DNA of 63,914 nt, the filler included, from Trypethelium eluteriae (lineage: Eukaryota): assembly GCA_051942245.1 (NCBI GenBank). It is 4 parts of 4 records of this genome, joined end to end, with 100 filler letters (N's around TTAATTAATTAA, not from the genome) between each part and the next. Parts side by side here need not be neighbours in the genome. Positions count along the whole stretch, not along the records: positions 48,902 to 63,914 come from JAVECL010000660.1; 3 more parts are not named here. The stretch is one strand, 5' to 3'. Positions 52,387-63,914 of this stretch are shown here, piece after piece. The stretch's first letter is position 1; each line of letters starts with the position of its first letter. Below the pieces are notes generated by a model. The model was given only the letters and a program-made list of their open reading frames with translations, made no database searches and had not been told where the DNA came from. A program made the translations under genes and the position numbers.

Positions 52387-54020
52387 TGTGACTTGGTGGT
52401 TCAAAAACAAGTGAAAGCAAGACAGCAACTTTTATTTTCCTCCAAGAATCGCTTCTCCGATGTTGATCGGTAACCAGATTAGAATCGTAGGATGAGGCAG
52501 CATCTAGAAAGCTGACCCTTCAGCTGACATTAGTACTCGCATCATAAGTAGCATAAGAGGTTAAGCGCGTTTGAGAAGGTCGTACGAAATCTGTCTTTCC
52601 TTCGCTCAACGGGAAGTGTTGTGCATCAAACGCACCGGCGAAGAGCGCAAAAACCGGCATTTCAAATATGATAAGCGCAGGGTGCAGTTAGATGCCTGGC
52701 GTCTGCCAGAATGGCATAGCTTGGGTAAGAAGAGCCAGCCTACACTTGCCTACCTTGTTAGAGGTGGCGAGAACTAAGGTCCAAATCCCAATGTGAAATT
52801 ATTCGTTCTCCCTGGTTAAATTGCATCAGAGTCTTCCAGCTATTCACAGCTTTGAGTACTTCTTGCAGTTTAAGCTGCTTGCTAGAGGCGGAAACAGGGA
52901 CATTCATTGGCCTTGCAAGAGTCAGGAGTTGTACTGTAGGCCTTGTGACCGGCACGAACTGTTCGAAGCAGGGCCTGATCGACATGACGTCCAGTGGACT
53001 ATGCTCGAGTCATTCAATCCTATTGAAGGCGCTGGTTGAAGCGCGAAAGGTTGGTTTAAGCAAGGATAGCGATGCGGTGAGCTTGTCGGTTGCGAAGTGC
53101 AATTTCTGTGAGGGGCAGTTTGTGGGTCAACGACACAAAGGTTTCCTCTCAATAATCAATCCAGAAATAGACAATAATAGCTACGGCCCAGGGTTTGCTA
53201 TTAGTAAAGGCTCCAAAGAGCGGTCGACGGACTGCGTTCGCTGCGGGATCGTTCGCGGTGGGTTGGGAAAAGAAAAAGAGCTGGGCGGGTTCGGTCACGT
53301 TGAGATTGCATCTTTAGACGGGGATACTCCTCTGACTAAGGTACGGTAAACCCTCGGGTTCGGTTCCTCAAACCTTCCGAAGCCATGCAAAAAGTACTGT
53401 CTTGGGCTAGCTGTGCACTAAGACGCACCTCTCTACCTACAGACGTTTGCCTCTTGAAGATGGGCCAAGGCTTGAGGCGTAGCAAGCCGACTTTACGTAC
53501 GTTAAAGACAACAGCCTTAATCATCTATGCACGCACGTCACCGGTGTCGTCCCGTCAGCTTACTCTTGCTGCAAGAAAAGAGATCGCAGAATACAGACCA
53601 TTCGTCGAACCCAAGGCATCTCATGATTCTGCTTGTAGTCAGATACTCTGCTCTAATATTAAATAGGATGAGTCATGATGAGGATCCTGAGATGGCGATC
53701 AGACAGAATCAACAAATACCCGCTAGGCTACTCTGATTGCAGAAGGTCCAGAATTGCATATGTCTACGCCTTCAAAGTACTAGTCTGAAGGTGTCAGATA
53801 ATGTGACGTAGTAGCGGGTCTCTTAGGTGCGCCCTTTTGGTTCAGCAAAAGGATTCTCAGGATACATCATAGTACGCCGTTTATCATGCTCAGTTGACTT
53901 GACAAATCCTGGAAATCTTTACATTCAGCTTGTTTGCATATCGGCAAACCCTTAACAAGTAGCAATAAGTTGGGAACGTTCGTTAATATTATTGTAGATC
54001 CTAACATATCCACAACACAA

Positions 54021-56295
54021 ATGACCTCCGACATGTCACGAATACCACCTTCGCTACCTCCGCTCTTCGCCACGACGGCGCGTACGATCGAGAAGGATGC
54101 CAGGTCTTTGATTGAACTGTCCCGTGAGGTGCAAGACAAGGTAGCGAAGGTGCAACCAGATGTTGCAACTTTTGCCAACGTGCTGCTGCCTCTCGCACAT
54201 GCTGAGAATGCCATGGCCCTAAAAGCTCACATTATCATCTTCTACAAGGATGTGTCTCCAGACCCACAGATACGCGCCGCATCCAACGAGGCGAAGACTC
54301 TTTTCGACGATTTCACAGTCGAGACAGCGATGCGTGAAGATCTATTTGCAGTAGTCAATGCTGTGTTCAACAGAAAAAATGCAGTTCTCGATCCCGAATC
54401 TCTCCGGTTCTTGGAGAGGAAGCATAAAGATTTCATCCGGAACGGGTTGAAACTTCCGGCAGGCCCCAATCAAAATCGCTTCAGGGAGATCAAAAGCCGC
54501 CTCACCCAACTCACTGGTGAATTCCGAGAGAACATGGCGAGGTCGAACAGTGACCGTAGCATTTGGCTCTCTCCCCTGGAACTGGATGGAGTCCCTCGAG
54601 ACGTCGTGTCCAGGCTTCAAGAAGGCAACGAAGAGTATGAGGGCAAGCTTCGGCTGACACTCAATCATCTGAATGTCACTCCAACACTCAGGTATGCGAA
54701 GAGCGCTGAGACTCGAAAGCGCATCTTCATAGCCAACGACAACAAGTCTAGTGAGAACGTAGCCATTATCAAGGAGGCCCTAGTGCTTCGCGACGAAGCG
54801 GCCCGTCTTCTTGGATATCGTGACCATGCTACCTTCCGCATTGAGGATCTGATGGCGAAGAGTCCAAAAGTCGTGAATGCCTTTTTGGAAGATCTGCAAT
54901 GCCGTCTGACTGCTAGCGGTAGGGAAGAGATTGAGGAGCTAAAGAGACTAAAACAACGGGATGTCGAATCACAAGGAGGAAAGTTCGACGGTCTATACTT
55001 CCTTTGGGACCACTTTTATTATGAACAACTGATGCTAGAAAGGTGTCATTCGGTCGACCAACAGAAAGTTTCAGAATACTTTAATTTGCAGACAACTGTC
55101 AACGCCGTCTTAAATCTATTTCAGCAGCTATTTGGTCTGGTATTTGAAGAAGTCACCAACGACAAAAGTAGGAGTCGGCTGACTGAATATGAGGAAAGTA
55201 CCGAGACTCTCTGGCATGACGACGTTCAGCTATATAGCGTCTGGGACAAGGGCCACCAAGCAGATGAGTTCCTTGGCTATCTTTATCTTGACCTTTTTCC
55301 TCGGGATGGTAAATATGGGCATGCCTCTAGTTTCAACCTTGTGCCGGTACGTATGTTGCCTACATAAGGTATATTCCAGTCCACGTCTAAATTCTGAAAG
55401 GGCTTCATTCGAGAAGATGGCTCGCGCCAGTATCCTGCAACGGCATTGGTTTGTAACTTCGCGAAACCTACAGCCACTAGCCCAAGCCTATTGAGACATG
55501 ATGAGCTGGTAACTCTTCTTCATGAGTTGGGCCACGGGATTCATGATCTCGTCTCTAAGACCGCATTCTCATGCTTTCATGGATTCGAAACTGTTATAGA
55601 TTTCGGTGAGGCGCCAAGCCAGATGCTGGAGAATTGGTGCTGGACACCATCTGTTCTGAAGAAGGTAAGTAGGCATTACTCTTTTCTCTCTCAAGAATAT
55701 TTTGAATCGTGGAAAGAGAACCAGGGGAAAGAAAACCAGAACTATACGCCATCGGAGCAGATACCCGACGATATGATCGAGAGCTTCATCAAAGCCAAGC
55801 ATGTGAACAGTGCGCTCTTCAACCTGCGTCAGATAGCTTATGCCACCTTTGACATGGCAATTCATCAGCCCGACTGCCATGAAGACATAAAGAATTTAAA
55901 TGTCTCTGCAAAGTTCAACTACCTCCGGCGCACGGTCTTACCAATCGCTAGTCCTGAGCTTTACGGGCAAGGCGACGAATGGGGCAACGGTGCAGCAAAC
56001 TTTGGAGCCATTATGGGAGAGTATCATGCAGGATATTACAGTTATCTATTGTAGGCGCGAACTACCCGGGAGAGAAATTATTCACTCAGATATGCTTCAC
56101 AGTTCGAAGGTCTACTCTACCGATATATTCCGCACAGCTTTCAGCGCAGATCCCGTAAATCCCAAAGAGGGCTGGAGATATCGAAACACAATCCTTGAGA
56201 AAGGAGGGAGCCGAGATGAGATGCAGATGTTGACGGAATTTCTTGGTAGAGCGCCCAATATGGAAGCGTTTCACGTAGAACTTGGGTTAGCATAG
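54021..56295 (+). CDS. Peptidase M3A (thimet oligopeptidase/saccharolysin-like), 3 exons
   Basis: YLDLFPRDGKYGHA, LVCNFAKP, LLRHDELVTLLHELGHGIH (HEXXH), DFGEAPSQMLENW, AGYYSYL, ILEKGGS. Confidence 0.93.
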
Positions 56296-56874
56296 AATGC
56301 AGACAAGGTTTTGGTACAATTTGTAGGTGCAAGACCGTAATTGACCTTGAAGCAATAAATCGAAACCCCATGATCGCCGGGTGTTGATTTCCATTGACCT
56401 GAGTTGCAAGATTCCGAGAAAGTATTCGATTTAGGGTTACGCTCGAGGCTCGACATGAAATAACACGCAGATACGGCTATATTTAATCAATTGCAAGACG
56501 CCAGTTTTCATTTCCCTTATCTTCTATTACTAGCCTTATTGGAAGCTGTCTTTGCAGATGAGACTGGGAGCCAGATCTGTGGGCTTATGTTAGCAAATGT
56601 GCTCAAACATGCTAGCATATCTACAAGCCTTATCTACAAGCGAGAGGAGAGGGGGAGAGGAAAAACTACTCGGCCCCGCTCGGACGAGTAGCTGAGAAGA
56701 GGCACATATCTATGCAGACAAGTCGCCAAACAAAGACCAACTTAAATGAGACAGGTGAGCGGATGGATTTTTTGTGTCTAAAAATTTCGTCTTTTGCTAG
56801 GAATTTTCTCCAAAAGGGCTACTTTCCATCGAATTCATCGAATTCCTCTCGAATACCAGAATATCCCCCGCTTT

Positions 56875-57163
56875 CTATTCACCCAACACAGCTTTCGGAT
56901 CTGCCTCTTCAATTTCCTTTGCATAGGCAGAAACCTATTTAAAGTCAGCGATACCTCTTACAGGAGGCCGTACGCAAAGAAATTCACGTCCCCTTCTAGC
57001 TTGTAATTCTTGTATTTCTCGTCAGTCAAGAAGAGGAAGCATTAGGTTGGGACTGATCTGCCTTACTTTCTGCCATAATGATTCCGATTGCACTCGGGTG
57101 GAGTGGAGCGGACAGTACGATAGAGACGGGGAGCAAGCTCAACAAGATGAGGACCAAATTCAT
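56875..57163 (-). CDS. Small secreted spliced peptide, candidate RiPP precursor (exon 2 acceptor ambiguous)
   Basis: Signal peptide MNLVLILLSLLPVSIVLS-AP; exon 1 57163-57067; GTAAGG donor with CTGAC branch; micro-exon ending 56988; 53-nt intron 56987-56935 (GTGAAT...GCTGAC...TAG). Confidence 0.6.
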
Positions 57164-57513
57164 CTCAGAAGGGGTTTGTGAATATGCGGACTCAGATAGG
57201 GATTGGAGTTCAGATGGACTTAGGAAAAGATCATAGACACCAATCAAATCAACTTGCTTGATGAAATGAGCTAATACACTAACAATTACGAGAGCCCAAC
57301 AAGTGAAGAGCAAGTTGCTCTTAATGAAATTTGGGTCATAAAGAGACTCACTGACTAATTCTCGATGGCCTCGAAATTGAGCCTGTTATTCGCAATGACA
57401 ATCAAAAACACATGCACCAGATGATGACTGAAGTCTAGCAATTATGTGATAGGGAATTACTTCAGGATTTATTCAGGTGTCGTACCGCTAAACTGACGAG
57501 CATACGTAAGGTT

Positions 57514-57757
57514 TGACGTAAGCCATTTTCCGTCCTTTGCACGCTCTATCGGACAGCGTTCAGGTGGGCCAAAGACGGATCACCTTGAAGCCCGCTTTCA
57601 CCATGGGTCCTTCTGATCGAGTATCGTAATCTGTCAATAGCAGCTCTTATGTTTCGCTCGCTCGTATGACGTGAACCAAATTCTGTCAAAATGTTTTCTT
57701 ATCTGTGAGCTTGGGACTTCTTGGAGAAAAGGTCTTGCGTCGAACAATATGACGTAA
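57514..57757 (+). promoter_or_regulatory. Cluster of CRE-like TGACGT(A/G) sites in the divergent promoter
   Basis: TGACGTAA 57514, TGACGTGA 57667, TGACGTAA 57750. Confidence 0.45.
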
Positions 57758-58006
57758 AGCGACGACAACGGCTGTTCATCACAAACCAAGGAAAGAAAAG
57801 TTGTCCGAGTCTACTGCTGGATCTGGAAAGGCGAGCCCGCAAGCTCAACTCAATTTGCAGATCTGTGAATAGTTAGGTCTTCTTCGAGGAAAGAACTTTG
57901 GTCGCCATTGCTGTGTGTTCAGTAATTGTCACATTTGAAAGAGATAGTTTGGACTGGTAACAGGCACAGTGAAAAGAGCTGAAAAAAACACAGGCGTAAG
58001 AGAGAG

Positions 58007-59011
58007 ATGTTAGGCAAATTCCTGTCTCCGTTGAGATACCTCTACTACCAGCCACTCGAGCCATCTTTCGTGCTCGCCGACAATGAAGAAGGCCAAGAAC
58101 ACCAATTGAAAATTCCTAACAGATCAAGGTTTCGAAGATGCTTTCGAGACGGGTGGATCAAATGGGCTCTGGTCTTCTTTATTCATTCGACAGTCTTCCT
58201 GCTTTTTGCGTATGTCTTTAAGGTACCGTCCGACACTGATTGCGCGCGGATAACTTCCATCTGGTGTATGTGTAGCAATCTCGTTCCTCGAATTTCTCCG
58301 TCGCGCGGCTTTGGGCTGACAGATTCAGGAAAAGCGCCGGCTCATGTCGCAGTTGAATACAAGGAAATGGATTTCGACAATGATTTTGCGCATGATACGA
58401 TCTATCGCGGTCCTCCAAGTCCTGCGCTAGAAGGCGCGTGGGATAAATTATGGAGATGTACGTACAATATTTTATTGGGGGCCGGAAGGACGCTGAGGCG
58501 CTGAATGTCTATAGATGGCTCTGTTCGAATCCCTGAGAAAAGGGTTGCAGATCTGAATCGGACCGTTGACCTGGGCGATGGAAAGTCTTTGAGACCTATC
58601 AATGATGACGAGGGTGGCTATTCCGCGATGATCGAAGTCTTCCATCAATTGCATTGTCTGGTATGCTCTTCGCATCCAAGGCATCTTCGATTCTTGATGG
58701 TTTACTAATGAATCTCATCCATCTAGAACATGATTCGTCAGTATACTTGGCACGATTGGTATTTGCGACATACGGATGTAGTGGAGACACCAGAAGACAT
58801 GAAATTAGGTGACGTAGGCAGGCGGATGCACGTAGACCACTGCATCGAAGCTCTCCGGGTTTCTCTTATGTGCCAAGCTGACACAACGCCGCTTTTTATA
58901 ATAAAAGATCCAGAATCTTCCTTAGGAGAACGTGCGGACTTTAGTTCGCATCACAAATGCCGTAATTTTGAGAAGATCCGGAGGTGGAACGAGGAGAATC
59001 AGAGCGGATGA
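58007..59011 (+). CDS. UstYa-like DUF3328 oxidase, 4 exons
   Basis: N-terminal TM, YRGPPSPALEGAWDKL, IEVFHQLHCL-NMIRQ, HVDHCIEALRVSLMCQADTT, HKCRNFEKIRRW. Confidence 0.93.
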
Positions 59012-59752
59012 GGACTCCTGCGTAACTGACTTTTAAAATTAGAAAAATGAAATGGCACAACAGATCTTTTCAGGCCCAATCTAGTTCTGTCGTTCCGTCT
59101 GAAACGGAATCCAGTTCTTATCCACATACTCCTTTGGTCGATGTTACCCTTCTCCTTACTGATACCAACAGCTTATCTTTTGTTCAAAACAGCACTTCGT
59201 GTATCCACGCCGATGCGGATTTCTTGGTCTAAAATTGTAGAGCAACTCAGTCGACTTTCCCGTCCGACAGCTGAATTGATCCATATCGCAATGGCGAGGG
59301 GATTGGGAGGAGAATAATCTAGAAAATCACACCCCGCTGCCGCGGATCGAAGAGAGCTCGAAAATTTTGGCCATCCGGAATGCAGCAGAACGCAGTCTGA
59401 GGCTTCCGAGAATAGGCCGATACCTTTTCAAGGCTCTCACTTGCTCTTGTTCGATGATAGGAACGATGTTCTACCATGGGGACTGCAAAATTTGGTGATG
59501 TCGTGGGGCCGAAGTAAGTGTAGGCCATGATGAACAGCGGTAAAGTAGGCGATCAAGAGGATGAGTCATGTAGAGTACTAGACTGAGTATGGAGCCAGAA
59601 CTTCCAATTTTCTCCTATCCTGATGCATCATTCAGCAAGTTCTCTCTTGTTTGTGGTCTTATCTGCTCTTCCAAGACTTAAGACAACTATCACGAGGTCA
59701 ATTTTCATGTTTACACCCCAACTTAGACAATAATATTCTCTCGCGATCATCA

Positions 59753-61309
59753 ATGAGCTCACATATTGCAAAACACGATTCTACGAAGACTTTTACAAGT
59801 GTCAATACTCAGATGTCAGAAAACAGAGTTTTACCGCCAATTAGTGCTATCAGACACGCCCGGGGTACTCTATACAATTCCTTAGAGCCGTTGGGTGAAG
59901 ATGAAGCGATACGTCACATAAGAAAAGACATCATCCCTGGACTGAATTTTTCAAGTCGGTCATCGAATTACTATGGTTTCGTCACGGGAGGAGTGACGCC
60001 GGCTGCGTACCAAGCAGATCAGATTGTGACTGAATGCGACCAGAATCTCTCAGTGCACTTGCCGAACGAGAGTATCGCTACAGAGATCGAGCATCAAGCA
60101 CTGTGCTTACTTTGTGATCTTTTCAGCTTGCCCAGAAACGAGTGGTTACACCGGACATTCACGACGGGTGCTACGGCAAGCAATGTGCTTGGGTTGGCTT
60201 GCGCTAGGGAGTATGTGATCGCCAAAGCAGGTGAGAAGTCCGGGCATCCTCATCTTAGTTCTGGAGAACATGGTATTGCAGTTGCCATGCTACAAGCCGG
60301 AATAGAGAAAGTCCAGGTCCTCACTTCAGCACCTCATTCTTCATTAGCCAAAGCTGCTAGCATTGTCGGTCTTGGAAGAGCTAGTGTCATTGCTCTAAAC
60401 AAGCCCCTATCAGCGACTTTTGAATCACTGCAAAGGCTAGAAAGTCATTTGCAGCAGGAGAAGACAGCCTCAATTGTGGCAATCTCGTGTGCTGAAGTCA
60501 ACTCGGGACATTTTGCTACCTCGGGTTACGAGGAAATGCACGCGATTCGAAAACTCTGTGACAAATACAGCGCCTGGATGCACGTAGATGGAGGTATGTT
60601 CGCGGAGGTGACAGGAAAGGTATAGCGCTTCATCTAACGTTTTGTAGCTTTTGGTTTCTTTGGAAGACTTCTCTCGAACGAAGACTACCCTGAGCTTGCA
60701 CGGGCGTGCGAGGGAATGGAGCTTGCCGACTCCATAGCTGGCGATGGCCATAAGCTCCTGAATGTTCCTTATGACTGCGGTTTCTTTTTTAGCCGTCATC
60801 TGGACATAGGAATGGCAACATTTCAGAACGCCAATGCTCCGTACCTAGACTCCACTCCGGGGATGGAGCCAGCAGTCCCGTCGCCACTGAATATTGGTAT
60901 TGAGAACTCGCGTAGATTTCGTGCCTTGCCCGTCTACGCTTCGTTGGTGGCATACGGTCGCAAAGGGTATGAGGACATGCTGAAGCGGCAGATCGCGTTA
61001 GCACGAGGAATTGCGAGCTATCTCCTTGAACATCCAAAGTATGAGCTACTTGCACAGACGGAGGGGCAGTCTGAGGCGACCTTGGATCGAATTTATATTA
61101 TCGTCCTGTTCCGAGCCACAGATGACAACATCAATCCAGAGCTGGTGAAACGAATCAACTCAACGAGAAAAATCTACGTCTCTGGTACATCTTGGCAAGG
61201 ACTGCCTGCGTGTCGCTTTGCGATAGCGAATTGGCAGGTCAATGTGGACGACGATCTCACTCTGATTAAGGACGTCCTTGATGACGTGGTTGTTCCAGAG
61301 AAGATATGA
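59753..61309 (+). CDS. Group II PLP-dependent amino-acid decarboxylase, 2 exons
   Basis: YYGFVTGGVTP, TTGATASNVLGL, HSSLAKAA, WMHVDG-AFG, SIAGDGHKLLNVPYDCG (PLP lysine), IENSRRFRALP. Start codon uncertain. Confidence 0.9.
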
Positions 61310-61811
61310 ATGCATGAGCCTAAGACTTTGGTTTTCCGGAACTACGGCAAGGTTGAAAGCCTGAATAAGGGGGATGGAGAGGCGAAATAACAATAGAAGT
61401 CGGTTTTCATGCTTTCGACTGACTTTATATACGTCCAAAAGTGATGCGCAGGCGATGGCTTCAGGCGTGTTGACAATGTGAAAGAGTAACAAGCTAGGAA
61501 TTGCTCCGTAATTAGTATGTACGGAGTACTCCGTGCCCACCATCGTGCCCACCGTGCCTACCTTATCTATCCACAGTTAATCCAAGGGTCCGGACCCTGA
61601 ACCGCGAAGTCCCGGGACCCGAATTTCGCACACTAAAGAGTACAGTACTGCCCTAGCGCGGGGCAAGAACCCGCTGCAGACCGACAACGGACTGGACTCT
61701 CGTTGTCTCTTTTTATTGTGACTGAATCCTGATTTCCCACCCTCTCTATATCCTCCGACTCCTTGCCTTACTCTAGTCACCGAATCCTCAACAACTGCAA
61801 CATCAACCACC

Positions 61812-63422
61812 ATGGGCGAATCAAATGGCATCAACGGTGTCAATGGCACTCACAACTACGCTTTGCCAAAGTCCCACCAAGACGTAAGTGTGGCGTCGTC
61901 ACGGTATTGTATGGTTCTAATTCTGGACAGCTCATGGAGAGGTCGCTGGTTGATACCGATCCCGAAATTGCCGAAATCATGGTCAGTATGCCAGGCATCT
62001 GGTCAAACCCACTGCTAAACAAGTCTCGTAGAAAAAGGAGATTCAACGACAACGCGAATCAATCCTCCTCATAGCATCCGAGAATGTCACATCCCGGGCT
62101 GTCTTCGACGCCCTCGGCTCTCCAATGTCCAATAAGTATTCGGAAGGTTATCCTGGCGCCCGGTACTACGGTGGAAACCAGCACATCGATGAAATCGAGC
62201 TTACATGTCAAGCTCGGGCCCTACAAGCATTTGGTTTGGACCCGGAAAAATGGGGCGTGAACGTTCAATGCTTGAGCGGAAGTCCCGCAAATCTACAGGT
62301 CTATCAGGCTATCATGAGACCTCATGACAGATTGATGGGTCTTGATCTGCCTCACGGAGGTCACTTGAGTCACGGTTATCAAACACCGCAGAGGAAGTAT
62401 GTGCGCCCAGCGTGTTGACAATATTTTCTCTTTTCTCTGCAAAACTTACCAGCAGTAGGATCTCAGCTGTATCGACATACTTCGAGACTTTCCCCTATCG
62501 AGTAAGTCTCGAGACAGGTCTCATCGACTATGACCGCCTCCTTGAAAACGCCTTAATGTACCGCCCGAAAGTAATCGTTGCTGGAACATCTGCGTACTGC
62601 CGCACGATTGACTACGCACGCATGCGGGAGATCGCTGATGCTGTCGGTTGCTATCTAGTGGTTGACATGGCACACATCAGTGGTTTGATTGCCGCAGGCG
62701 TCAATGATTCCCCTTTCCCTCACGCCGATATTGTCACGACTACGACACACAAAAGTTTACGAGGTCCTCGCGGTGCCATGATCTTCTTCCGTAAGGGCGT
62801 CAGAAAGAGCGACCCCAAGACTGGCAAGGAGACTCTCTACGATCTCGAGGGACCTATTAACTTTTCAGTCTTTCCTGGTCACCAGGGTGGACCACACAAT
62901 CACACAATTACGGCTCTGGCGGTTGCTCTCAAGCAAGCGCAGACTTCAGAGTTCAAGCAATACCAAGCACAAGTCATCAAAAATGCTAAGACGCTGGAGC
63001 ATGAATTCAAAGCAAAGGGCCATAGGCTAGTGACTGACGGCACAGACAATCACATGGTCCTGCTGGACTTGAAGCCACACAGCCTTGACGGTGCAAGAGT
63101 TGAAGCTGTACTCGAACAGGTCAATATTGCCTGCAACAAGAACACGACTCCTGGAGATAAGTCTGCGCTCACACCTTGCGGTATTCGTATCGGTGCCCCA
63201 GCAATGACGAGCCGAGGACTTGGAGAAAAGGACTTTGCGAAGATTGCTACTTATATCGACCAATGTATCCAATTGACAAAGGACATTCAGGCTTCATTGC
63301 CAAAGGAGGCAAATAAGCTGAAAGACTTCAAAGCCACAGTTGCATCGGGGAAAGTGCAATCGTTGGCGGAACTTAAGAAGGAAATTGCAGCGTGGGCCTG
63401 TACTTTCCCCCTACCTGTATAA
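61812..63422 (+). CDS. SHM2: Serine hydroxymethyltransferase, cytosolic type, 4 exons
   Basis: [50 protein letters not shown]; no mitochondrial presequence. Confidence 0.96.
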
Positions 63423-63914
63423 TTTCGTCTCGATAAGCTACCTTGGCGTTTAGGGATCTTTTCTTTCCACCATCATCAAATTTGCATTTAGGGTTCAACA
63501 ACGGCTAATGCAAATGCTTCAACGAGCATGATCTTGCGAGGCGTGGGTGGATTCAACAAAGGGTGAGACTATTTCAACACCTTTGGAAGCATATGTCTGG
63601 CATTTAGGAGTTCAACAAAGCGACTGTACATATTTCAACACGCATATATTCTGAAGCGAACAGCCGTCAAGAGCTTGACCTTCTGTTCAAGCTATATAGT
63701 GGCTATTTCATTCATCAGAGACTTTTTCCAGACCGATATGCACCCAATACTGAAACGGGCACTTTACTTAAGTACTCCCACTCCTACTAATCTCCTCACT
63801 CTCTCCCTCGTCTTCTTCGCTATCCCTCATCAGCATCCTGCCAACCTTGAACACATCCTCACTCCATGCTGCAAACGTATCCGGATCCCACACCTCATCC
63901 TCCCTCCCCTGCGC

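Noticed and set aside
52758..53524. Short ORFs on both strands between the bANK TF and the peptidase
   Set aside because: No coherent spliced model or recognisable motif found.
59753..61309. Decarboxylase as a UstD ortholog
   Set aside because: Motifs are group II decarboxylase; UstD belongs to the cysteine-desulfurase-like class V family.

Overview
Filamentous ascomycete DNA (spliceosomal introns, a RIP-like AT-rich block). The window is four unrelated-looking contigs (1-16259, 16360-32540, 32641-48801, 48902-63914) joined by 100-bp N44-TTAATTAATTAA-N44 linkers, so gene neighbourhoods hold only within a contig. Contig 1: degenerate GH47 mannosidase-like gene, class II aldolase, a divergent membrane protein/HET-domain gene pair, an MFS relic, an intronless Argonaute and a partial HIT hydrolase. 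Contig 2: a co-oriented trio (70-aa microprotein, CorA-like 2-TM protein, kinase-vWA fusion), a TDT/SLAC1 transporter and a dienelactone hydrolase. Contig 3: RIP-degenerated repeat DNA with a solo LTR and tandem repeats. Contig 4: a compact candidate RiPP-like cluster (two HXXHC DUF3328/UstYa-type oxidases, bZIP-ankyrin regulator, M3 oligopeptidase, a hidden spliced secreted micropeptide, recurrent TGACGT sites), then a group II PLP decarboxylase and cytosolic SHMT. All calls come from manual reading and motif recognition; no searches were run.
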